A stretch of 64,000 nt of DNA from Octopus bimaculoides (taxonomy: Eukaryota): the NCBI RefSeq assembly GCF_001194135.2, contig NC_068993.1, positions 25,070,398 to 25,134,397 on the forward strand, in the 5' to 3' direction. Positions 25,332 to 36,860 of the stretch are shown here, piece by piece. Position 1 is the first letter of the stretch, and each line of letters begins with the position of its first letter. Made by a program: the position numbers and the translations under genes. The notes under the pieces are model-generated. The model did not search any database and had not been told where the DNA came from. It saw only the letters and a program-made list of their open reading frames with translations.

Positions 25332-25560
25332 GTTTATTCGTATGTCAAAGTTCTTTTGTAACACATTCTGTGACCTCTTCAGCAAATCTCTGTCCCTTGT
25401 GTCTCCTTCTGTCTGGCTTTTTCATTTTGTCTTTCAGTGGTGTGAAAGAACTTTGACAGGTAAATAGACTAAAAATAATAATAATAAAACTTAAGTGAAG
25501 ATCAAATAAATAGTGTGTATGTTTAATTGGCAAAAAATGACCATCCCCAAGTATAACAAT
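25235..25560. mobile_element. MITE with long inverted arms
   Basis: attgttatacttggggatggtcatc ... tgaccatccccaagtataacaat, arms about 120 bp. GAAT flanks both sides. Confidence 0.7.
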
Positions 25561-25889
25561 GAATGAACAAGTTTTATCAAATCTTCCAAATTCCAGGTTG
25601 TTTTGAAATTTAAATGAAACATTTAAGCAGTGTATTTCATTAGAAAAATACCATCAAAAGAGGAATGGGCTTACCATGAAGCTGAAAGTTCTGCTAGGCA
25701 GAAAGATATTTATGATAAAGAATAGGGGTAGGGCACCACCAACTATTTCCCATCCATAACCACTCCTCGGAAAATCAACAGAAGTGGACCAACAAGTGAG
25801 TCTATACATAGTTGCTCAACTGTTAGAAATAACATTATCACAAATCACACTTGGTTATCTCATAAAAAAATTAGAAAGACAGCACTGGA

Positions 25890-26400
25890 TATACTCATCT
25901 TCACCATCATTTGATGTCTGTTTTCCATGCTGGGATGAGTTGGACAGTTTGATAGAGGCTGGCGAGGCAGAAGACTACATGTGATTTCACTGTCTGTTTT
26001 GGCAAGGTTTTTTATGGCAGGATGCCCTTCTTAACACCAACCACTATACAGAGTGGACTGAGTGCTTTTTATGTGGCACCAGCAATGGCAAGGCCTGTTT
26101 CAGCATGGCTTTTTACAGTTGGATGCTCTTCCAAACACCAACCACTTTACAGTGTGGACTGGATGCACCAGTACTGGTGGAATCACCAAGTAACTTGCAA
26201 AGTAAAGATCCTTGGGGGAAGAGGCATTGAAGGAGGTGGCCATGTGCTAGGTGAAGAGAGGTTAGAGTATGACAAAGGGATAGGAACAAGTGTCTTGCAG
26301 TAGAGGATACATGGTTACCCAGTCAGAGAGAGAGAGAGAGAGAGAGTATTCAAGAACAAGAGAAAGAGCAGGAGAGAAGTGGTGGTGAAGATAGGTGGAC
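25890..26400 (-). mobile_element. RTE-type LINE 3' UTR fragment
   Basis: Homologous to the 3' UTR at 22700-23010 and 57300-57610. Confidence 0.65.
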
Positions 26401-26664
26401 ATGGCTGGAATGCTTATTACTTCTGGTCAACTCAATCAGAACTAACCTGGTGCGAAACAACAATAACCAAACGAAGCATCAGACTCCATATGTGGGTAAT
26501 TAAGGAGATATAAGAAAACTCAGACAGCTTCAGTGGTGTTAGCTGGCAGAAAGGTGGGTGTAACGAAATCTTAAACATAAACAAACACTGTCATGTCTAA
26601 CGTAAATTTTGTTGTAAATTGTTGTCGCCTTTTCAGAAAAATCCCATATTAGCTTATTTATCAT

Positions 26665-27272
26665 CTTTCATCTACTTGTTTCAGTCATTTGACAGTGGCC
26701 ATGCTGGAGCACCACCTTGAAGGGTTTAAGTTTAAAAAAATCAACCACTGGACTTACTTCTTTAAAGCTTAGTACTTATTCTATCAGTCTCTTTTGCCAA
26801 ACTGCTAAGTTACATAAACACCAGTTGTTAAGCAGTGATGGAGAACAAACACAGGTATATTCTATTCTTTTATTTCAGTCATTTGACTGTGCCCAAACTG
26901 GAGCACCACCTTTAGTCGAACAAATCGACCCCTGTACTTATTCTTTGTAAGCCTAGTATTTATTCTATTGGCCTCTTTTGCTGAACCGCTAGGTTATGGT
27001 GATGTAAACATACCAACATTGGTTGTCAAGCATTGGTGGGGGACAAACACAGGCACACAAACATATACATACAAACACACACACACACATATATATATAT
27101 GTACATATATACGATGGGCTTCTTTCAGTTTCTGTCGACCAAATCCACTCACAAGGCTTTGGTTGGCCTGAGGCTATAGTAGAAGAAACTTGCCCAAGGT
27201 GCCATGTAGTAAGACTGAACCTGGAACCATGTGGTTGGGAAGCAAGTTTCTTACCATAGTTATGCCTGCACC
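26665..27272 (-). mobile_element. SINE family A (full copy plus an adjacent extra tail)
   Basis: Tails start at about 26665 and 26865; head ends near 27272. Confidence 0.8.
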
Positions 27273-27806
27273 TATTTAAATATCTTTGCAAATCATTGTT
27301 AAACATCAATTTCTTACAATTAGTTTCAAAATATGACTCACCTTAATGCTGGTACTTAATCTCATCAACATGACCACCACTACCTGAGGCTATAAAAGGA
27401 GTCTCTAGACTAGACTTCACTATAGCAACTGTAAAACTAACAATGCAAACACCTGTCCTTAATCCTAATGACAACCAGACTCACATGAAGGAGACCTTCA
27501 ACAACAATCCTCAATACAGCTTTCACAAACGTGACAATACTGGAAGCAGCTGCTTCTGTGGTAACAGACATTATATCACTTTTCCAAAGTAAATAACAAA
27601 GCCATCAGATATTAAACTGATATATTTTACACTGGTGGTAAAATAAGTTGAATAATTAAAATCATTTCTAATTTAAAGGCAAGGTGACATATTTCGGAAG
27701 AGGGAGGGAAGTTGATTAATTCACCACTACTAGTATTTTACTGGTACTTATTTTATCAACTCAGAGATAGCAAAAGCCAAAGTCAATTTTGACAAGATTT
27801 CATCTC

Positions 27807-27807
<1 letters not shown>

Positions 27808-27838
<31 letters not shown>

Positions 27839-28520
27839 TGTTTAACGTCTGCTTTCCATGCTAGCATGGGTTGGACGATTTGACTGAGGACTGGTGGACC
27901 AGGAGGCGACACCAGGCTTCAATCTGATTTGGCAGAGTTTCTACAGCTGGATGCCCTTCCTAACGCCAACCACTCCAAGAGTGTAGTGGGTGCTTTTACG
28001 TGCCACCGGCACGAGGGCCAGTCAGGTGGGTACTGGCAACGGCCACGCTCGAAATGGTGTATTTTACGTGCCACCTGCACAGGAGCCAGNNNNNNNNNNN
28101 NNNNNNNNNNNNNNNNNNNNNNNNNNNNNNNNNNNNNNNNNNNNNNNNNNNNNNNNNNNNNNNNNNNNNNNNNNNNNNNNGGATGTCTTACTGGCAAAGG
28201 CCATGCTCGAAATGGTGTATTACGTGTCACCTGCACAGGAGCCAGTCCATCAGCACTGGCAACGATCTTGCTCGAATGACTTTTCACGTGCCAGGAAGGC
28301 GACGTTGGTAACGATCACGCTAGTGCTATTTACGTGCTACCGGTACGGAAGCCAGACAGCTGCTCTGGCAACGATCACGCTCAGACGGTGCTCTTAGTGC
28401 TCCACTGGTACAGGTGCCATCATGATTTCGCTTTCGCTCGCCCCAACAGGTCTTCGCAAGCCGAGTTGAGTGTTCCTACAAATTTAGTTCGATTTCGATT
28501 TCACTTGCCTCACCATGACT
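27808..28520 (-). mobile_element. RTE-type LINE 3' end
   Basis: (CAT)n tail and 3' UTR subrepeats spanning a gap. Confidence 0.8.
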
Positions 28521-28654
28521 TTGCAAGCGGAAAATGTAAGGAGAAATAATTAAATGCCACAAAACATTTAGTCCAACCATATCATCTCTGTCCTCAATAA
28601 TAATAATAATTGTTTACAACGTAGTCACAGAACAGAATTGGAGGTGGGGTAAAA

Positions 28655-28880
28655 AGCTCTTTTATCTTTTCTTTCAGCCATTAGACAGCAACTATGATGG
28701 GGCACTGCCTTGAGGAATTTTAGTTGAACTAATCAACCCCAGTACTTATTTTCTTTTTAAGCCTGGTACTTAGTCTATCAGTCATTTTTCCAAAACTTCT
28801 AAGTTATTGGAATGTAAACACACCAACACCAGTTGTCAACCAGTGGTGAGGAACAAACACAGACATATATACATATATAT
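28655..28880 (-). mobile_element. SINE family A tail half, truncated at its TA microsatellite by a MITE
   Basis: Family-A tail followed by the MITE at 28882. Confidence 0.65.
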
Positions 28881-28881
28881 G

Positions 28882-29421
28882 GGATCTTTTTTAAAACGGG
28901 GCCACATTTTTCATTAATGTTTTACGTAGTGTTTTTGGTACCGAAAGACTTTCAAACTTCGTATACTTATCTATTTTGTGTTATAGAACAGAAAAATATT
29001 TTTGTATTCGAATTTATTTCATGTAAAAAATTGTCTTATTTCGATAATTTCAACCAATCACTGACAAGTATTCAGTTGTTTACATTTACTCCTTTGGCTG
29101 ATTAAGCCATAGCTTCGTTTTATTTGCTTTTTTCTTTTTAAATTTGCTGTTTTACCCTAACCCTAACCCTATCACCGATAGAATTGTTTCAGAATCGTTT
29201 GTTTATGTAGTCGGCACTTAATGTATATCGGCTGAATGGACGTCAGTGATTGGTTGAAATTACAGAAATATGACAACTTTAACATGGAATAACTTAGGGA
29301 TTTCTTTTTTTTTTAAGAAGACTAAGAGAAAAAGATGTTTTATATGACACATTCTACCAGTGTTCCAAGTTTCAAAGTGTTCCGTTAATGAAAAATGTGG
29401 CCCCTCTTTTAAAAAAGATCC
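28882..29421. mobile_element. TA-flanked MITE (about 37-bp TIRs, internal second inverted repeat, CCCTAA repeats)
   Basis: GGATCTTTTTTAAAACGGGGCCACATTTTTCATTAA / TTAATGAAAAATGTGGCCCCTCTTTTAAAAAAGATCC. Inner IR aatttcaaccaatcactgac / gtcagtgattggttgaaatt. Confidence 0.8.
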
Positions 29422-29427
29422 TATATA

Positions 29428-32244
29428 TGTTGTGAATCTTGCAGACAGGAAATAGATTTAATCCTAGATTTCCAAATTTAAATTAACACTTCAACAGCAC
29501 TTTTCTCACAGTAAAACTATTGTTTTACTGTGACAGCAGCTTACATTTGCCAGGTGCCTTAGCTAAGCAAAATAATGTCTTCGCCTCTTGACCCTTCGAC
29601 TCTCTTATAAGCCACCAAAAGCTAGAATTAAAATAACAAGTACCACCAACGAAATCTATTGTTCTCAACGATATGTCTATCCTTCTGGGTAGTTATAAAA
29701 ACAAGAACCCCCATGCAAAAGTGATTTAGTGAGTGAGAACAGACTCTGGCTGAACAAAACGCTTGTCGCAAAAGGGCACAAAAGGTCAACTATGATATCT
29801 CACCAATGAAGCAGTTGTTTTATTACAACTTCAGTCATCACTGTTCCTTCATCATTACATAATGGCAATCAACTAACAACAAACTATTACAATTGGTGAT
29901 GACCCTCGACTTCAACGAAGAACCAATCCTTACAAATTGGTGACTCAACCGTTACACTAACTAACTTCTACCATTCCAAATTGGTGATCCCAACGTTGCA
30001 CCATAACAGGCATCGATTACAAATTGGTGACCCCATGTAAAAAGAATTGCTGCCTTCTGAAGCTACATTAGCTGCTATCTTTTCCTCACTACTTCAGCTT
30101 AAAAAAGAACTACAGTCATCATATCAAGTCGTTAGACCAAAGGAAAAATAACGATAACCTTCATCTCCACCAAGATGCATCCTCTTTCAACCTGCTACAA
30201 ACAGCTCTATACTGTGATCCACACTACAATGCACTTTTCAACAATGCAACACTGCTGATGCACAAGGAATTTGCTGACCATAGAAGCCAATAAATGCATC
30301 ATTTCGACAGCTACGTGCCCAGAAATTAACTGGATAAAACTATGGAAGTCCACACATGCAACATTTTCAACAGCCATAGACTTGAAATTTCTTTGCATGC
30401 ACCTATTTTTGCATTTCAAATGCTACTTTTTAGCTTTTCAGGACCAGAACACTTTCTAACCAAGTTTGTCATTTTAGCTTGATTAATTTTGTTGTTTGCA
30501 TTGCACATGCATTGTTCACCTGTTTTTATTACATGGTTTCTGCTAAATGTTCTTCTTTTGAATGTCTGCAATTCCTTTCTTCGCATGCACCTTTCCTAGG
30601 CGGCTGGCCTTGTGCATGCATCTGCACACATTGTTACACACACACACATGCCTTTCTCGTTTGTTTTTCATGCTCCATGACCTTGTAGACACAACTCGTC
30701 TCTGTAAGACCCTAGGTCGGTCATGCATACATAGAGAAAGTTGTTTGTCCCTCACAATGCGCCAGCATGCCACACTTTTCACTCCTGCACGATCAAGGCA
30801 TATAATACCTCGTGCACCGGCTGGTATATTCAGCACTGCCTTAATCTCTGGCATATTCAATACCATACACTGTATTTGTAATCAATGCACTAGCATTACT
30901 GCATCAGCCTTGCAAGCTTTGTTGTACACATGCACACGCACCTCTATTATGCCTCTACTGCCTTGTTTTTTTTCAACACGTCTGTATCAGCTCAACACTT
31001 ATCCTGACTTGATTCATGTTGGATGTTCATATGCTCTGCGCTCATGTTTAGACATAATTTCCCCGTTAGACCCCTGTTTGGTCATGTAATTAACAGAGAA
31101 AATTATCTGTCTTGGGCATCACTCTGGCATGCTTACACTGTCGTCCTTGCTAACCTCAGCTAGTATCCACGACAACAGCACCAGACATAATTTTACTTCT
31201 GAAAAATCTTCAAGGCATTTCATAAACTGCAACCCTGCAGGAGGATCTTCCATATCATGGACTGAGAATACACTCACTCGCTCACCTGAGCTTATTGTAC
31301 TGTGAATTTCGAAACATGCACCTGCACTCATGTATACACCCTCATGCGCACTCACATGCTCATTTTCTTTTCTGCCTAGTCACTGACTGCACACATTTTG
31401 GCACACAAAGCGACACTGCAATTCAAATTTATCCGAATAAAAAACTGTCCCATATACACTTCAATGATCCTCTCTCCTAATATGTGAAAGTTTTCCTCAA
31501 CCATACATTTCTTTCTCTTCCTCAATCATTTTTTTCCTTTTCCCCGGAAGCTCTCTGGTGGGGGAGTTATGTTGTGAATCTTGCAGGCATGAAGTAGATT
31601 CGATCCCAGATAGCCAAATTTAAATTAACACGTCAACAGCACTTTTCTCATGGTAAAACAATAGTTTTTCAGTGACAGCAGTTTACATTTTCCAGATGCC
31701 TTAGCTAAGAAAATAATGTCTTCGCCACTGGACCCTTCTAACCTCTTATAAGCCACCAAAAGTTAGAATTAAGATAACAAGTACCACCAACAAAATCTAT
31801 TGTTCTCAATGACATGTCTATCCTTCTAGATAGTTATAAAAACAAGAAGCCCCAGGCAAAAGTGATTTAGTGAGAACAGAGTTCAGCTGACCAGCTGAAC
31901 TAAATGCCATCACAAAAGGACAATTATGGTAACTCACCAACGAAGCAGTTGTTTCGTCCTACACTTTCTCATTCTCACTTTATTTTCTCTTACATCACTC
32001 TATTTCTATTTGTAATTACTACGACACAATGACGAGAACACAAACACAAACTATACAAGGAAAATCTACGACATCTATCTTTACTTCGCATGCTTTACGA
32101 TTTTATCACCTGCCCGTTGAGGCAAGGTATTTTACAATGTAACGGTACAATAAATACTATTTTTACAACTTCAACCACTGTTCTTTCATCTTTACATAAT
32201 GGCAATTAACTAACAACAAACTATTACAAATGGTGATGACCCTC
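29428..32244 (+). mobile_element. Internally deleted Gypsy-type LTR retroelement (LTR1 29428-29891, LTR2 31570-32228)
   Basis: Two homologous TGT...TTACA repeats. tRNA-Trp-like PBS (TGGTGA..CCC.C.AC) after LTR1; PPT tctctggtgggggagtta directly before LTR2. No intact ORF. Confidence 0.8.
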
Positions 32245-32869
32245 NNNNNNNNNNNNNNNNNNNNNNNNNNNNNNNNNNNNNNNNNNNNNNNNNNNNNNNN
32301 NNNNNNNNNNNNNNNNNNNNNNNNNNNNNNNNNNNNNNNNNNNNNNNNNNNNNNNNNNNNNNNNNNNNNNNNNNNNNNNNNNNNNNNNNNNNNNNNNNNN
32401 NNNNNNNNNNNNNNNNNNNNNNNNNNNNNNNNNNNNNNNNNNNNNNNNNNNNNNNNNNNNNNNNNNNNNNNNNNNNNNNNNNNNNNNNNNNNNNNNNNNN
32501 NNNNNNNNNNNNNNNNNNNNNNNNNNNNNNNNNNNNNNNNNNNNNNNNNNNNNNNNNNNNNNNNNNNNNNNNNNNNNNNNNNNNNNNNNNNNNNNNNNNN
32601 NNNNNNNNNNNNNNNNNNNNNNNNNNNNNNNNNNNNNNNNNNNNNNNNNNNNNNNNNNNNNNNNNNNNNNNNNNNNNNNNNNNNNNNNNNNNNNNNNNNN
32701 NNNNNNNNNNNNNNNNNNNNNNNNNNNNNNNNNNNNNNNNNNNNNNNNNNNNNNNNNNNNNNNNNNNNNNNNNNNNNNNNNNNNNNNNNNNNNNNNNNNN
32801 NNNNNNNNNNNNNNNNNNNNNNNNNNNNNNNNNNNNNNNNNNNNNNNNNNNNNNNNNNNNNAAAACAAG

Positions 32870-35490
32870 TGGTCAAATCTTACATTTTAATGGAACTTAA
32901 TTGTCAATATAGTTTCCTTGATTATCTCTGACATCTTTCTATCTACTTGTAAGCTTTTTAATTTCATTAGTGAAAAACTCTTTCAGATTTGAAGAGAAAA
33001 ATTCTGAAAGGCCAGTTTCAACTTCCACAGTTGTTTTGAGAGTCAATCAATCCAAATCATTCTGTAAACTACAGAAGAAATGGTAATCTGGGGAATAAGG
33101 CGGATGAGCAATTTTCTCTCAGCCAAGTTCTTCGATCTTTTGTGACGTGATCTTTGCAGTGTGGGGTCTTGCACTATTCTGATGAAACACCAGTCCCTTT
33201 TGGTTCACTACAGCAGGCATTTTTTTCTTCAAAGCAGTGTTCAAACACTCAAATTGCTGACAGTAGATTTGAGCACTAATCATTGCATTTGTTTGCAGCA
33301 ACTGAAAGTGGTTGACTCGTTTGCAATCCCACCAAACAGAGATAACCTTCTTTTGCATGGAGTTCTCTTTTTGGTTGTGGTTGGGCCTTTTCCCCTTCAC
33401 CAAGCCAATGTCTACGGCACTTAACATTTTGATAAAAAGCCCATTTTTCCTCACCAGTCACCATCATCATCATCATTTAACATCTGCTTTCCATGCTAGC
33501 ATGGGTTGGACGATTTGACTGAAGACTAGTGAACCAGATGGCTACACCAGGCTCCAATCTGATTTGGCAGAATTTCTACAGCTGGATGCCCTTCCTAACG
33601 CCAACCACTCAGAGTGTAGAGGGTGCTTTTACGTGCCAGTCAGGCGGTATTGGCAACGGCCATGCTCAAAATGGTGTATTTTACGTGCTACTTGCACAGG
33701 AGCCAGTCCAGGGGCACTGGCAACGATCTNNNNNNNNNNNNNNNNNNNNNNNNTTCGCAAGCCGAGTTTTGTGTCCAATGAAGGAGACGATGTTGGCATG
33801 GGTGCCAGTCGTCGAATTTAGTTCGATTTCGATTTCACTTGCCTCAACAGGTCTTCACAAGTGGAGTTTAGTGTCCAATGGAAGGAGAGGTACACATAAG
33901 TGGGCTGGCTACGCCCCTGGCAGAGGCCTTTGGTTTGGGTCTCACTTGGCTTGCCGGGTCTTCTCACGCACAGCGTATTTCCAAAGGTCTCGGTCAGAAG
34001 TCATCGCCTCGGTGAGGCCCAATGTTCGAAGGTCATGCCTAACCACCCCATTCCAGGTCTTCCTGGGCCTACCTCTTCCACAGGTTCCCTCAACCGCTAG
34101 GGTGTAGCACTTTTTCACACAGCTATCCTCATCCATTCTCGCCACATGACCATACCAGCGCAATTGTCTCTCTTGCACATCACAACTGATGCTTCGTAAG
34201 TTCAACTTTTCTCTCAAGGTACTTTCACTCTTTCTAGTAAGCACACTGACATTACACATCCATCGGAGCATACTGGCTTCATTCCTTGCGAGCCTACGCA
34301 TCTCTTCAGCAGTCACGGCCCATGTTTTACTGCCATGAAGTATGTCTGTTTGTACACATACGTCATACAGTCTGCCTTTTACTCTGAGAGAGAGAGACCC
34401 TCTGTCACCAGCAGAGGTAAGAGCTCTCTGAACTTTGCCCAGGCTATTCTTATTCTAGCAGCTACACTTTCAGCGCACCCTCCCCCACTACTAACTTGGT
34501 CACCTAGATATCGGAAGCTATCAACCACTTCTAGTTTTTCTCCCTAGAAAGTGGCAGAAGTTGTTTTCTGCACATTTACAGTGTTTATAGCTCCTGAACA
34601 TCTGCTACAAACAAAAACTAACTTCCTAGTTAACCTTCCTTTGATATTGCTGCACCTCTTATGTGTCCATAGCTTGCACTGGGTGCATCTTATAGAGTTT
34701 CTACCTACGCCTTTTCTACAGATCGAGCAGGGCCATCTACCTGAAGGGGTTTGTGTTTTTCTACCTTCCTACTTATTAGGACTTTGGTTTTAGCTAGGTT
34801 GACTCTAAGGCCGTTCAATTCTAGTCCTTGCTTCCATACCTGAAACTTCTCCTCTAGTTCTGAGAGTGACTCAGCAATCCAGTCTGTCCAAAAAGGGGGA
34901 GATGAGTTAACGAGAATGAAGAGAAGAGATGTTCACTTGGGATTTGCAGTTAGCTACAGACAAATTGCAAGGCACCCATTTTATGAGTTTTGGAACCTTT
35001 CCAAGCTGTTGAAGATGGTAGTGAACAGTTGTATGGCTTGAATGAAGCTTGCTTGCCAATTCTTCAAATGAAACTGCATGATCTTTTTCAAGTTCTGCCA
35101 AAAGAAGCTTGTCATCAAACTCAACTGGATGTTCTGTTCGGGCCTCATCTTCAAGGCTGAAATCTCTTCTGAATTTTACAAATCATATTCTGCAAGTTTT
35201 TTCCTTCAGGTACACTTCTCCATAAGCTGAGTGAATATTTCAAGTCACTTCAGCTGCAGAGTTTCCTTTTTTAAACTCATAAATACTCAAATACTCCTTA
35301 GACACTTCCATGTTTGAATAGCTATAATTAGTGAAATTTCAATTAGATTATCCTGCTAAACGAAATTTAATCAGTTTAAATATGTCCAAATACATATATT
35401 ACTTGATGCCATTAGACATCCTAAAATACTGTTAAAGCATTTACAAATTGTAAATATAGAAGTCCAGATATTACTTATGGGATGACCTGA
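32870..35490 (-). mobile_element. mariner transposon split by an RTE insertion
   Basis: 5' TIR TA|TCAGGTCATCCCATAAGT at 35490. N-half MEVSKE..KWVPCNLS..FLDRL (to 34881); C-half VTGEEKW..SVWWD..HQNSARPH..HPPYSPD (33461 down to about 32900). Confidence 0.85.
33462..34880 (-). mobile_element. 5'-truncated RTE LINE
   Basis: RT C-terminus (MTAEEMRRLARNEASMLRWMCNVSV...GRGRPRKTW), 3' UTR and (GAT)n tail. Confidence 0.9.
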
Positions 35491-35494
35491 TATA

Positions 35495-36725
35495 TCAGTT
35501 TGAGTAAAAAATAAGCAACGTTTTGAGCCAAGAAGAATTTGTAACAAATTTTTGTAGAGTTTTGAATTCTTTAAAAACATTTTTTTGCAATTCTCTGATA
35601 ATATAGACACAAACTTGCCCAAATGCATCAATAAATTAACATTGATATCTTTTTCACTGTTGTTACAAACATCTGAAATGGAACTGTCAAAGTAAGATAT
35701 TTGAGCAATTTTGCTATTCAACTTCAAAAAAGGACGTAAAGCAGCTGAAATTGCTTGCATTATCAACGAAATGTTTGTGAGGAAATGACCAGTGAGTGGT
35801 CAGCTCAAAAATGGTCTAAACAATTTTGCAGTGGAGCCCTGAGCCTTGAAGATTGTGAGTGTAGTGGACGCCCATCTGTCATCATTGATGGTCAATTAAA
35901 GACTGTCATTGAGAAAGATCCACGTAAAGCCACTCGAAAACTGGCAAAAGAACTTCAAGTTTGCTAGAAAACTGCTTGCAACCATTTGCATGTGATCAGA
36001 AAATCAAAAATGCTCGACAAATGGGTACTATATGATTTGAATGAAAATTAGAAAATGCACAGATATGGAATTTGCTCATCACTTCTCCATTTCTTGACTG
36101 TATTGTAACTTACGATGAAAAGTGGATTCTGTACAATAATAAAAAATGTTCTGTGCAGTGGTTGGACCAAAATGAAGCACTGAAAACCTTCCCTAAACCC
36201 GAGCTCTTCAAAACAAAGGTCATGGTGACTGTTTGGTGGTGTACTGGACTCATCCACTATAACTTCTTAAAACCCGGAAAAACCATTACTGCAGAAACAT
36301 ATTGCCATGAAATTACCAAAATGAACGAAAAACTGCTACTCCTTTGTCCCAGACTGGTCAACAGAAGAGGGCCAATCATTCTTCATGACAATGCTCGACC
36401 ACATGTTTCACTACGAAGTTCTTCCCAACCGAGCTTATTCCTCAGACCTTTCTCCTACCAACTACCACTTTTTCAAGCAACTTAATGGTTTCCTGCAAGA
36501 GAAGGAGTTCAAAAATCAAACCGATGCTGAATATGCATTCAAAGAGTTTATCAGCTCTAGAACTCCAGATTTTTATGTTACTGGAATAAACAAACTCGTA
36601 ACTTGTTGGCAAAAAAGTGTTGATTGTAATGGTACTTACTTTGATGAATAAAATTTCCGCATTGTTGAAATATATTGTGATGAATTTCAAGTTTTAAAAC
36701 GTTGCCTACTTTTTACTCAGCCTGA
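35495..36725 (+). mobile_element. Full-length (1231 bp) decayed mariner, Hsmar1/cecropia-like
   Basis: TIRs TCAGTTTGAGTAAAAAATAAGCAACG / CGTTGCCTACTTTTTACTCAGCCTGA with TA on both sides. Transposase motifs VTYDEKW, LHDNARPH, YSSDLSPTNYHFF, with stops and frameshifts. Confidence 0.9.
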
Positions 36726-36729
36726 TATA

Positions 36730-36860
36730 TATGATAGGCTTCTTTCAATTTCTGTCTACAAAATCCACTCACAAGGCTATGGTCAGCGCAAAGCTATAGT
36801 AGAAGATACTTGGCCAAAGTGTCATGCAGTGGAGTGAACCCAAACTTTTTACCACACTGA
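36730..36860 (-). mobile_element. SINE family A head fragment
   Basis: ggcttctttcaatttctgtctacaaaatccactcacaaggc... Confidence 0.65.

Noticed and set aside
29887-30037. CRISPR array
   Set aside because: Eukaryotic context, no cas genes, and the repeat is the LTR end plus PBS of a retroelement. Kept only as a PBS-array finding.
35495-36725. Domesticated SETMAR-like transposase gene
   Set aside because: Several stops and frameshifts, intact TIRs with TA flanks, and no SET exon; an ordinary dead mariner.
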